Of a stretch of 64,000 bases of DNA, positions 49,267-58,859 are shown piece after piece. The notes under the pieces were generated by a model, which ran no database searches, had not been told where the DNA came from, and was given only the letters and a program-made list of their open reading frames with translations. The stretch lies in contig OY970070.1 of NCBI GenBank assembly GCA_963705355.1, positions 91,056 to 155,055 of the forward strand. The letters are read 5' to 3'. Origin of the DNA: an uncultured Thermoplasmata archaeon. GTDB lineage: Archaea > Thermoplasmatota > Thermoplasmata > UBA10834. Both the position numbers and the translations under genes were made by a program. Numbering within the stretch: the stretch's first letter is position 1; the number at the start of each line of letters is the position of its first letter.

Positions 49267-49643
49267 ATGACGCGCCGAAGCGAGGCGGATGATTATGATG
49301 GGCACATAAATAAGTCTGCGGCCTCCTTGGCAATCCAGGGAACCTGAGTACAACCTAGATTTTGGCCTGAAGCAGTGGCCGATCACAGACGTCTCGCTCG
49401 CCGTGTCCTTAATCCCACGCAATACGTGTGTCTCTTGCCCACAAGGAAGTCGAACGCGCAGCCCCGGTTCTTGCCGGCAAGTAAAACTCCCAGCTTTAAT
49501 CACCGGTAGATCCCGGGCTGAAATCCAAGTAGCATCCCGACCCCAGACACGGCTAGCTGCTCTGGCAGGAGATTTCCGGATCTTGGGCAAATAGGTTTCT
49601 TGGTCTTGGAGGCTTCACATAGGAAAGCTTAAGGGCAGGAAGG

Positions 49644-50441
49644 ATGAATAAGACAAGAGCTTCGCTTAAGCTAGTGGGGAGAATAACGTATCGTGCGCGA
49701 GTTCTCGTTCGTCACAAGGGTTGTTGGGGAAGCAACCTCATGCTTGATCCGCACATTCGTGATGTAACGTTCTGGGCGGGTCAGAAGATCGATCATCGCC
49801 TGGTGCTCGGGAGCATGACGGTGCGGAGCGAGAATGAGATTGACGTTATGGCCTACAATCCGTATGATTTGGAGTTCAGTTCCTTAGAAGAGAACAGATT
49901 GAGCGAACGGCAATGGCAATACTCTGTAGACTTCATTGTCCACGATGATTATGGTCAGACGACAGCCGACTTGCTGTTTCGATCTGGTTGTTTCCTTGAT
50001 CCGCCTGTTTTGGTGAAGAGTGACTTTGAGCTGCAAACTGTGTTGGCTCCCCATTTGAACAATCTCAGGCGGCTCGTTCAGATTCTTGAGGGGAAGAAGG
50101 GTCGTGATTTCGCGATTTTGTCGATTAGAGAGCAGGAGCCGAATCAACAGGTATCCTCGTCCTTTGCTTGGAGAAAGGCCTTAACTCCCAAGCAGCTCGA
50201 AGCGGTTCGGATTGCGTTCCAACACGGGTACTATAAGTATCCTCGCAACATTCGGGTTTCGGATCTCGCACGGGAAGCTGGTTTGGCACGATCAACGTTT
50301 CAAGAACATCTTCGGCTGGCCGAAATGAAACTGATTGGGCATTTGCTCAAATCCGAGAAGATGGACGTCGACGTGAGTTCGATGGAAAGAGCATTACATA
50401 ATATGGCAAGACGATGTGCCATCCCTGAACGAATTCGTTGA
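49644..50441 (+). CDS. HTH_10 (bacterio-opsin activator-type) transcriptional regulator
   Basis: C-terminal LTPKQLEAVRIAFQHGYYKYPRNIRVSDLAREAGLARSTFQEHLRLAEMKL. Confidence 0.8.
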   Translation: MNKTRASLKLVGRITYRARVLVRHKGCWGSNLMLDPHIRDVTFWAGQKIDHRLVLGSMTVRSENEIDVMAYNPYDLEFSSLEENRLSERQWQYSVDFIVHDDYGQTTADLLFRSGCFLDPPVLVKSDFELQTVLAPHLNNLRRLVQILEGKKGRDFAILSIREQEPNQQVSSSFAWRKALTPKQLEAVRIAFQHGYYKYPRNIRVSDLAREAGLARSTFQEHLRLAEMKLIGHLLKSEKMDVDVSSMERALHNMARRCAIPERIR

Positions 50442-50570
50442 TATCCCAAGAGCAGACATCGTGGATGAATCCGACCATTGCCGGCTCGTGATACAAATAT
50501 ACGAATTGGCATTACCTGTACTGTTTGTGTCTCCTTAGAAAAGGAAAGAAGTTGGGGATGCGCTTTGGTC

Positions 50571-51593
50571 ATGTTCAAGTTCATAGTCCGTAGAGTGCTC
50601 CTAACGATACCAGTTCTAATGGGAATTAGCGTGATCGTGTTTGTCCTGACGAGGTGCATTGGGAACCCCGCGATGGTTTATGTCACAAATCCCCAAGGGC
50701 TTACCGAGGAAAAGCTCCAAGAGATAATCAAGCTACATCATTTAGATGAGCCGCTCTATATACAATACTTCTACTGGTTGGACGACGCCCTTCATGGCGA
50801 TCTTGGGTATTCTGTGTCGGGGGGAGATACTGTCACAAATTGCATCGCGACCTTTCTCCCTCGAACTCTAGAATTGACAACCGTTTCCCTACTACTAGCC
50901 GTTTTCATTGGTATAGCAGCTGGTAAGTTTTCGGCAATTCGCCGCAATTATCCAAGTGATCACGCCCTGCGGATTGTTGCCTTGTATGGCGTTTCCACCC
51001 CCGTATTTTGGCTGGGTCTGCTTCTACTCTATCTTTTTTTCGGTGTCCTCGGCATTTCGGCATTCGCCCCAGGACCATACAACGAGTCCTTGTTCCTTCG
51101 GCACGATATCAAGACGTATACTAGATTCTTGATCTTGGATGCGATCCTGAACCGCGATTCTGAATTCCTTGTGGATGTCCTCACTCATATGTTCCTTCCT
51201 GCTCTGACTCTCTCCTATGCTTCGATGGCCATAATTATGAGGATGATGCGCTCGTCAATGTTGGAAGTTCTCAGTCAACAATATATTCAGGTGGCTCGAG
51301 CCAAGGGCTTGACTATGAAAGAAGTGGTAAAGCGTCATGCGGTGCGCAATGCGATGCTGCCAACAATCACAGTAATCGGGCTATCCTGTGGGTTCCTCCT
51401 AGGCGGATCGGTCCTTGTGGAAACCGTTTTCAGGTATCCAGGTCTCGGTATGTGGGCAGCCAAGGCGGTTCTTCGACTAGACCATGCTGCAGTGGTTGGC
51501 CTGGCCCTGGTATCTGGCATAGTCTATGTTACCATCAATTTGATCGTTGACATCTTGTATGGATATTTCAACCCTCGTATCGCAGCCGAGTGA
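50571..51593 (+). CDS. peptide/nickel-type ABC transporter permease (DppB/OppB-like)
   Basis: Starts MFKFIVRRVLLTIPVLMGISVIVF. Also an EAA-like loop (QQYIQVARAKGL) and the C-terminal DILYGYFNPR. Confidence 0.85.
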   Translation: MFKFIVRRVLLTIPVLMGISVIVFVLTRCIGNPAMVYVTNPQGLTEEKLQEIIKLHHLDEPLYIQYFYWLDDALHGDLGYSVSGGDTVTNCIATFLPRTLELTTVSLLLAVFIGIAAGKFSAIRRNYPSDHALRIVALYGVSTPVFWLGLLLLYLFFGVLGISAFAPGPYNESLFLRHDIKTYTRFLILDAILNRDSEFLVDVLTHMFLPALTLSYASMAIIMRMMRSSMLEVLSQQYIQVARAKGLTMKEVVKRHAVRNAMLPTITVIGLSCGFLLGGSVLVETVFRYPGLGMWAAKAVLRLDHAAVVGLALVSGIVYVTINLIVDILYGYFNPRIAAE

Positions 51594-51599
51594 AATCAT

Positions 51600-53912
51600 A
51601 TGATTCGCAAGAAGTCTGCATGGTCCAAGACCTTGCTCGCCCAAGTGCGTCGGGTTCGGGAGCTCTTCCGGATGTTAAGGAAGAATCCCCTCGCGCTCAC
51701 GGGAATCGTTATTGTTTCTGGGATCTTGATTATTGCCGTTCTTGCTCCTATTCTCGCTCCGCCTAATCCGATAGACCCTTACCAGCGTCCTCGTACTTGG
51801 CGTTTGCCCGAGCCCCCGGGAACGCCCGACCATATCCTAGGAACCGGGGTCAATGGCGCAGATATCTACTACGGTGTCATATGGGGGACACGCGTCTCCT
51901 TAGGTCTCGCGGTATTGGTCGTCTCGGCATCAGCCCTCATCGGTGTTCTTCTGGGCGGGATTGCAGGATATTTCGGCAAATGGGTCGATGAGATTATCAT
52001 GCGCATTAGTGATTTGTTTATTTCCATTCCCGGTCTGATTATGGCGATGGCCGTGGCTAGCGCTCTAGGGCGGAGTCTCATGAACATCATGATTGCGCTT
52101 GTTATCATCTGGTGGCCATGGTACGTTCGCATCTTTCGGAGCCAAGTCTTGACAACAAAGCAAGAGCAGTACATCGACGCGGCACGATGTTCCGGGGCTT
52201 CCCAAGGTAGAATCATCTTCAAACACATAGTTCCTAATTCTCTCACACCTGTAGTTGTCCAAGCTTCACTCGACCTAGGTGTTACTTTATTGATCGCGGC
52301 AGGGTTAAGCTTCATAGGTTTTGGCGCCGAACCAGGGTTCTCAGAATGGGGTCTCATGATTGCCGAAGGCAGAGACTACATTGCCCAGGGATTCTGGTGG
52401 ATGGTGTTCTTTCCCGGCTTGGCGATCAGCATTTTCGTTCTCGGATTCAACTTGCTAGGAGACGGGCTTCGCGATATGTTCGACCCAAGATTGAGGAGTC
52501 TACTCTATGAGTCTGTCGGTCTTGGGAAGGCTGAGCGTCGGCGGATTCGCCAACAGGCCTACGAGCGTGCGATTCAACGCGAGATAATCTATGACGAGTC
52601 AACTCGGATCGACCGGACTTCCCCACTTCTCAGGGTTGAGGCGCTCACACTCAGATTTCCGACAATGTGGGGGGAAGCGAAGGTTCTCGAAGACGTTACA
52701 TTCGAAGTTCATCGAGGGGAAACCTTTGGCTTGGTTGGCGAGAGCGGCTGCGGAAAGAGTGTTACGGCGAAGGCCATAATAGGTCTTATAGACTGTCCGC
52801 CTGCTAGAATTGTTCGTGGAAGGATTTTGTACTTTCCTTTGGCGGATAAGACTAAGCCGCTTCGCGGAGTAAATCTGCTTGCTCTTGACGAGTCTGAACT
52901 CGTGAGAATCAGAGGATGTGCAATCTCCATGATATCCCAAGATCCGATGACCTCGCTCAATCCGTTGCTCACGGCTGGCTATCAAGTTGCTGAATCCCTT
53001 TTGATACATCAGAGACCGGAGCTCTTACGGGCAGTCTTGACTCGCATCAGAGTAACCATCGAACTCATTGGAAGAGGGGAACAACTTATGAAGCGATCAT
53101 CTGGAGTGGGCTATGTATGCTCTTGTTGCGGTGGGTTAGTGACGACTATTGCTGCCTCTTGCCCGAGATGCAACGCTTATTTCATGGATTCGATCTCCAA
53201 ATTGGTATTCAAACTGCGGATGCTTCTTCTTCAACGAATTGGTCGAGGTGGCATTGCAGGGGATAGCATGTTCGCAAGGTTCTCTCGACACGTGCCCTTG
53301 TTCAATTATGAAAGGCTCTTGAAGGACGAGGCTATGGCCCGTGCCGTAGAACTAATCGATGCTGTTCGGATTCCAGATGCCGAGAAAGTCGCAGAGAGCT
53401 ATCCTTACGAACTAAGTGGTGGCATGCAGCAGAGGATTTCGATTGCCATGGCGTTGGCGTGTAGGCCATCTATTCTGATCGCAGATGAACCTACAACGGC
53501 CTTAGACGTTACCATACAGGCTCAGATTCTCAAGCTTATTTCTGAGCTGAAAGAACGCTTTGATATGTCCGTTCTACTGATTACCCACAACCTCGGGATA
53601 ATTGCAGAGCAATGTGATCGTGTTGCGGTCATGTACGCTGGGTCAATTGATGAGATTGGGGATGTAAGATCCATCTTCAGGAAACCCATGCATCCCTATA
53701 CGAAGGGTCTTATGCGCTGTATTCCGGTGATCGGTGAATCGAAAGAAGAACTTGCTGTAATTCCAGGGAGGGTGCCTGATATGAAAGATCCGCCGAGTGG
53801 ATGTAGATTCCGGACTCGGTGCGGGTTTGCATTTGACAAATGTGCTAAGGTGGTGCCCAGGCCGATTATGACAGAGCCTGGTCACTGGGTCTCCTGTCAT
53901 CTTTACGAGTGA
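51600..53912 (+). CDS. fused ABC permease (DppC/OppC-like) and ATPase (DppD/OppD-like) with a zinc-ribbon insertion
   Basis: The permease ends at [14 protein letters not shown] and continues in frame through a linker of about 50 aa. The ATPase has Walker A GESGCGKS, signature LSGGMQQR and Walker B LIADEPT. Between the Q-loop and the signature lies an insert of about 95 aa with CSCCGG...CPRCN (about 53117-53180). Confidence 0.8.
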   Translation: MIRKKSAWSKTLLAQVRRVRELFRMLRKNPLALTGIVIVSGILIIAVLAPILAPPNPIDPYQRPRTWRLPEPPGTPDHILGTGVNGADIYYGVIWGTRVSLGLAVLVVSASALIGVLLGGIAGYFGKWVDEIIMRISDLFISIPGLIMAMAVASALGRSLMNIMIALVIIWWPWYVRIFRSQVLTTKQEQYIDAARCSGASQGRIIFKHIVPNSLTPVVVQASLDLGVTLLIAAGLSFIGFGAEPGFSEWGLMIAEGRDYIAQGFWWMVFFPGLAISIFVLGFNLLGDGLRDMFDPRLRSLLYESVGLGKAERRRIRQQAYERAIQREIIYDESTRIDRTSPLLRVEALTLRFPTMWGEAKVLEDVTFEVHRGETFGLVGESGCGKSVTAKAIIGLIDCPPARIVRGRILYFPLADKTKPLRGVNLLALDESELVRIRGCAISMISQDPMTSLNPLLTAGYQVAESLLIHQRPELLRAVLTRIRVTIELIGRGEQLMKRSSGVGYVCSCCGGLVTTIAASCPRCNAYFMDSISKLVFKLRMLLLQRIGRGGIAGDSMFARFSRHVPLFNYERLLKDEAMARAVELIDAVRIPDAEKVAESYPYELSGGMQQRISIAMALACRPSILIADEPTTALDVTIQAQILKLISELKERFDMSVLLITHNLGIIAEQCDRVAVMYAGSIDEIGDVRSIFRKPMHPYTKGLMRCIPVIGESKEELAVIPGRVPDMKDPPSGCRFRTRCGFAFDKCAKVVPRPIMTEPGHWVSCHLYE

Positions 53913-53922
53913 GATAGTCAGC

Positions 53923-54975
53923 ATGAAAAGGAAAGTAATCGCTACCAGAAAGTTGGTCAGGCATTTTCTTTCGCATGAGGGCCTCAGACGAGGAATAACG
54001 AGAAGGGTTAGAGCAGTCGATGGTGTTTCTTTCGATATCGACGCCGGCACCATTCTTGGACTGGTAGGAGAAAGCGGATGCGGCAAGACAACTGTTGGCA
54101 AGCTCTTACTTCGTCTAATAGAACCTACATCTGGAACCATCTACTATGACATTCCGGAAGATGTTCTGGCCTTGCTCGATGAAGCTTTGGAAACGTCGAA
54201 GATGAGAGATTGGGATAAGGAACTTGAGCGTCAATACGCACTGGGCGAATCCAAGCAAGGAATGCGACGACTTAGGCATTACGCTCAAATGGTATTCCAG
54301 GATCCGTTTTCATCTCTGGATCCGCGAATGCTCGTTCGCAACATTGTAGCCGAGCCTCTTGTTGCCTTGGGGCTAACAAGCGGGCGGCCGTCTGAAGAGA
54401 AGGTAGTGCACGCTCTCGAAGAAGTGGGTCTTTCGTCAGATGATATGTTTAAATTTCCTCACGAGTTCAGCGGAGGCCAGCGACAACGCATTTGCATCGC
54501 AAGAGCCCTTGTGGCGGATCCCAAGTTCATCGTCTTGGACGAACCGACAAGCGCTCTCGATGTCTCAGTACAAGCGCAAACACTGAATCTTCTTCAGCAA
54601 ATCCAGAGGTCCTCCGGGCTCTCTTTTCTTTTTATTTCTCACGATCTCAGCGTCATACACCATATGTCAGATTACATCGGAGTCATGTATGTGGGGAAAA
54701 TCGTCGAGATGGCGAGAAAGGATGAGCTCTTCCGAAAACCTTTCCATCCATATACTGAAGCACTCCTGTCAGCGATTCCACGCCCGAATCCTGAGAAAAA
54801 AGTCGATAGGAAAATCCTAGGCGGGCAAATTCCCAGCCCAGAGCGACCACCTTCAGGATGTCGATTTCATCCGCGATGTCCCTATCGAAAGGAAATCTGC
54901 CATCAGATCGAGCCACCGCTCGTTGATATAGGTGGCCGCCACCTTGTTTCCTGTCATTTTCCCATGTTAGATTGA
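53923..54975 (+). CDS. ABC transporter ATP-binding protein (DppF/OppF-like)
   Basis: [26 protein letters not shown] and the C-terminal oligopeptide-type CRFHPRCP motif. Confidence 0.88.
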   Translation: MKRKVIATRKLVRHFLSHEGLRRGITRRVRAVDGVSFDIDAGTILGLVGESGCGKTTVGKLLLRLIEPTSGTIYYDIPEDVLALLDEALETSKMRDWDKELERQYALGESKQGMRRLRHYAQMVFQDPFSSLDPRMLVRNIVAEPLVALGLTSGRPSEEKVVHALEEVGLSSDDMFKFPHEFSGGQRQRICIARALVADPKFIVLDEPTSALDVSVQAQTLNLLQQIQRSSGLSFLFISHDLSVIHHMSDYIGVMYVGKIVEMARKDELFRKPFHPYTEALLSAIPRPNPEKKVDRKILGGQIPSPERPPSGCRFHPRCPYRKEICHQIEPPLVDIGGRHLVSCHFPMLD

Positions 54976-55001
54976 ATCCAGCATGTCATGTTCGGGTAGT
55001 C

Positions 55002-57434
55002 TCATCCCTTTGAGATCTCATAGTACAGCGGGTGCGATCTCAATGGGTGGTAGTAGTATCCTTTTACCCAAGGCGCCGATGCATCAAGAGCAACGGTATA
55101 GTCTATCCAAACCCACCAAGCTTCGTCATATAGCCGTTGTTGGATCTCCCTAATCAACCCGGCTCTCACGACCGGATCAGTTGCATTGAGCTGATCGGCA
55201 ACCAAAGCGTCAAGGGTAGTAGGTTCTCCCGCGAACTTGGCTATGAAACCATAAGAAGTCGCCTCCTGCCCGAGCCATGTTTGGGGATCCCCATATTCCG
55301 CGTACATTGTCGTGGCCATGATGGCATAACCCCATGTCACCCACTTCGTGAAGAAAGCCGGCAAGTCAAGTTCTTGAACATCGATAGTAATCCTCGGATT
55401 GATGGATTCCAAGTTGTCCTTCAGATTAAGCAATATTGCGGTATATGCCGGAAAGCCCGACATGACGATCCCAGTCAGTCGGAACCCCTTGTCCCACCAT
55501 GATTGCCCGTCGGGCGCTTTCGCCAGGCGTAGTTCCTGTTCCACTTTTGCAGGATTGAAATCATATGTTGGAACATCGGGATTGTAACCAAATGCGGATG
55601 GAGGAATTGGTCCTGTGGAAACGATTGCTTGGCCCGCTCGAGCACTTTCGATAATGGCATGCCGATCGACTGCATAATTGAAGGCCTTGCGGACGTGAAT
55701 ATCCTGGAAGAAGTCAGCAGGCACGTTGTCGGTTGACGGGACCGAATCTAGTGCGATCTTCTGGTTCAGATGGATCTTGGCGGTCTCCGAGAAAGTCGGA
55801 TTCCCGGAGACGATACGGAAGTCGTTGCCTCGCAGAGCTCTAACCGCGGCTACTTGCTGGAGGTCAGATTGTACAAAGATTGCATCAGCTTGTTTACCCT
55901 GGAGAGCCAGCAAGCGTGGAGTGAACTCCGCAGCAAGCTCAATGATAATCGTTTTGATTGCAGCCGGACCACGCCAGTACTGGTCGAATCGCTCCAACTT
56001 GATCGACAGCCCTCGTTTCCATTCACTGAGAAGATAGGCGCCGGAACCGCACATATGACTCTCCATAAAGGCATCATTGCGACCGCCCCATCCAGACGCA
56101 TTCTTGCCACCGTCGTACGGGAGGTTGCTGCCGGGCACACTTGGGTCCCAACCACCATTTGCGATGACGAAATCCTTGCTAAGAACCCCGAAATTTCCAA
56201 AGGTCAAGAGCTTAAGAAGTGGTGAATATGGCCGCCATAGAGTGAAGTGGATCGTGTAGTCATCAATCACTTGGGTGCCGCTAGTGTTCATGGCTTCTAA
56301 CAATTCCCAGGCAGGTCCATCTGGGAGATTCATGACCATCATGCGGTCGAAGGAATACTCAACATCGTAGGCTGTTAATGCTTCGCCGGAGGTAAAAGTA
56401 ATACCCTCCCTGATTTTGAACGTGTAATTCAGACCGTCCGGGCTTATGCCACCGTTTGCAACAGTTGGGATCTGCTCAGCAATGAGTGGCACTAAAGTGT
56501 TTACGTCATCACGATCATAGGTGACTAATGGCTCGTAGATGTTGGCGAAGAAATTGTTGAATCCTGGCCATGTATAGTCGTGCGCGGGGTCGATGAACGA
56601 CAACTCAGAAGGCAACATATGGATATAGACGTCGGGATTCGGAATATCCCCTACATAGGCAGGTTCCGGCTCCAAGATGCGAATCGTATTGATTGTTGTG
56701 TTTGAACTCCCTGTGGTAGAATTGGTGACTTTCAGCCTGACCGGGAAGTTGCCGGGCTCGGAGAATACTCGCGTGACTTTAGCTGATGTCGAATCAGCGA
56801 CACCATCTCCATTGAAATCCCATTCATAGGCAAGGCCAGGTACATTGAGCCCAACCCACGTTCCATCGAGCTCGGTCCACTGCCATGAAGACGTCCCGTC
56901 GAAAGCAACAGTAGATCCCGGGGCTCGCATATTCCCATCAGTGAGAACTACAGCCACAGGAGGACTGGTGGGGGCTTTTGGCGGGCTCAGTGGGAAAACC
57001 TGAATGTGTACCAGACAAACATCGTTGTTGGCGGTTCCGCCTTTATTATCCTCAACCGTTAGAGTGACAACATAACTCCCGTGGATGGAGTAGGAGTGAA
57101 TGACTATTGCACCCTCCGCTTTACCACCGTCACCGAAGTCCCAGGCATAGGATACGATCTTGCCATCAATATCCCATGAGCTCGTTCCGTTGAACTCTAA
57201 TTGAATACCAGGTTGTGTGGTCGTAGACGAAACAGACGCGACAGCACAAGGGAGGCTATTCTTCTTTTCGACACCTACTATGAGGAGATACGCGCCTATT
57301 GCCGCGATAACGAGTATCGCAACGACGGCAAAAACCGCCCAAATCCGCCGGCGAGCCCGCTTGGCTTCATGAGGCGGAGCGATCTTTTCCTCAGGAACTG
57401 TCTTTTCAAGTACTTGTGAAGGTTTTTCCCCCAT
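55002..57434 (-). CDS. family-5 (peptide/nickel) ABC substrate-binding protein with an N-terminal TM anchor and two PKD-like domains
   Basis: TM anchor IWAVFAVVAILVIAAIGAYLLIV. The PKD-like repeats are FNGTSSWDIDGKIVSYAWDFGDGG and FDGTSSW...YEWDFNGDGVADS. An SBP_bac_5-like body of about 520 aa follows. Confidence 0.8.
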   Translation of the reverse strand: MGEKPSQVLEKTVPEEKIAPPHEAKRARRRIWAVFAVVAILVIAAIGAYLLIVGVEKKNSLPCAVASVSSTTTQPGIQLEFNGTSSWDIDGKIVSYAWDFGDGGKAEGAIVIHSYSIHGSYVVTLTVEDNKGGTANNDVCLVHIQVFPLSPPKAPTSPPVAVVLTDGNMRAPGSTVAFDGTSSWQWTELDGTWVGLNVPGLAYEWDFNGDGVADSTSAKVTRVFSEPGNFPVRLKVTNSTTGSSNTTINTIRILEPEPAYVGDIPNPDVYIHMLPSELSFIDPAHDYTWPGFNNFFANIYEPLVTYDRDDVNTLVPLIAEQIPTVANGGISPDGLNYTFKIREGITFTSGEALTAYDVEYSFDRMMVMNLPDGPAWELLEAMNTSGTQVIDDYTIHFTLWRPYSPLLKLLTFGNFGVLSKDFVIANGGWDPSVPGSNLPYDGGKNASGWGGRNDAFMESHMCGSGAYLLSEWKRGLSIKLERFDQYWRGPAAIKTIIIELAAEFTPRLLALQGKQADAIFVQSDLQQVAAVRALRGNDFRIVSGNPTFSETAKIHLNQKIALDSVPSTDNVPADFFQDIHVRKAFNYAVDRHAIIESARAGQAIVSTGPIPPSAFGYNPDVPTYDFNPAKVEQELRLAKAPDGQSWWDKGFRLTGIVMSGFPAYTAILLNLKDNLESINPRITIDVQELDLPAFFTKWVTWGYAIMATTMYAEYGDPQTWLGQEATSYGFIAKFAGEPTTLDALVADQLNATDPVVRAGLIREIQQRLYDEAWWVWIDYTVALDASAPWVKGYYYHPLRSHPLYYEISKG

Positions 57435-57677
57435 CGGAGACCCCCGATTCTTACCCTATTCCATTGTTTGGCCTAAAACAATTTGCCGGCAGCTGCCGGC
57501 ATGTTGGCATTTGCCGTCCAAATTGGCTAATATTCGCAACTAGATCCATGTTGCGGAAACAAGTACGATGGGCGGCAAGGAAAGCAGCCTCTAAGATAGC
57601 GCAATTAGTTTCCCATTGCGAGAGATGAGCCGCCTTCGTTTGAGTCGCTCGAGATTGACAAGTCCAACAGAACTCAG

Positions 57678-58859
57678 GTGAGTGATGCGATGTATACCCT
57701 AGGCGTTTCTGATATTCGGCAAGTCTTCCTTGGAGGAAAGGTGCTTGCCTGCGGTGGCGGTGGTGAAATAGAATGGGCTGAACCGATTCTGAAGGAGATG
57801 GAAGAGAAAGGACTTCGAGTTCGTATCGCCTCACTGGATGATCTAAGGTCTAAAGATAATGTCTGCGTCCCTGGAGGCATCGGGGCCGGGAGCACTGCCG
57901 AGGTTCGTGAGCGTCTCCGCACGGTCGCGCAGATCGCCCCTCCCGAAAAGTTACTTCCTACGATGGCTCGTGTGGCGCTGGATTCCTTCGAGAAATATAC
58001 TGAGACAAAATTCGATAAGTTTCTTGCCGTGAATGTGGGACCGGTGCTCTGGGGACTTCCTCTGTATTTGGCAGCACTGAGGAAGGTTGCGTGTCTGGAT
58101 GGAGATTGCGCAGGTCGGGCTATCCCAGAGTGGACGACTACCACTCTCAATGTCAAACGACTAAGATTGGCTCCCGCGATTATCGTATCAGCATACGGTG
58201 ACGAGGTTTCTATTAGGTCGACCAAAACGAATGAACGGACGGAGCAAGTCGGTCGGGCAGTCGCGGTTGAGTGCGGAGGATGGTGTGTAATGATGACCTG
58301 TCCGACCATTGGCGTCCGGCTGCGAAACGCTTTCGTTCCTGGAACAATCACAAAAGCTCACAAGGTTGGGGCAGCAATAGCGGAAGCTCGCAAGAAGGGT
58401 AGAGATCCCATTGACCCTTGTCTGAAGGCGGCACAAGGGACGAGAGTTTTTGAAGGGCGCATTATCTCCCACGAGCGGAAGGAACACGGGGGGTTCATGT
58501 TCGGAGAGGTCCTAGTCAAAGGTTCGAATGTGTACTCAGGGAAGACTTGTCGCATCTACCAGAAGACGGAGTATAACATAGCCTGGATAAACGACAAGGT
58601 TGTGGCGACCTGCCCCGACTCAATTTGCATTGTCGACCGGCATACTGCTGAGGGATTAACCTCATTCCCCGATGTCGGCGTTGGGCCATTCCAACGGGTT
58701 CGAGATGCTGATCTTAGACCTGGGAGAGAGATCGTTGTATTCGGAATCAGAGCTCATCCTTTGTGGAGAACGAAACGCGGCATTGAGCTTTTTGGCCCCA
58801 AACACTTTGGCTTCAACATTCCATACATCCCAGTGGATCAACGAGTTCGCGACGTGTGA
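57678..58859 (+). CDS. DUF917 family protein
   Basis: The N-terminal GGKVLACGGGGE motif and overall length match DUF917. GTG start, with an alternative ATG at 57690. Confidence 0.6.
   Translation: MSDAMYTLGVSDIRQVFLGGKVLACGGGGEIEWAEPILKEMEEKGLRVRIASLDDLRSKDNVCVPGGIGAGSTAEVRERLRTVAQIAPPEKLLPTMARVALDSFEKYTETKFDKFLAVNVGPVLWGLPLYLAALRKVACLDGDCAGRAIPEWTTTTLNVKRLRLAPAIIVSAYGDEVSIRSTKTNERTEQVGRAVAVECGGWCVMMTCPTIGVRLRNAFVPGTITKAHKVGAAIAEARKKGRDPIDPCLKAAQGTRVFEGRIISHERKEHGGFMFGEVLVKGSNVYSGKTCRIYQKTEYNIAWINDKVVATCPDSICIVDRHTAEGLTSFPDVGVGPFQRVRDADLRPGREIVVFGIRAHPLWRTKRGIELFGPKHFGFNIPYIPVDQRVRDV

Noticed and set aside
49267-49643. Possible RNase P RNA or SRP (7S) RNA in the ORF-free spacer.
   Set aside because: On neither strand could I find the conserved GAGGAAAGUCC / ACAGAA.CCGGCUUA (RNase P) blocks or the GGAAGGGAGCAAC-type domain IV (SRP) blocks. 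Only loose resemblances were present.
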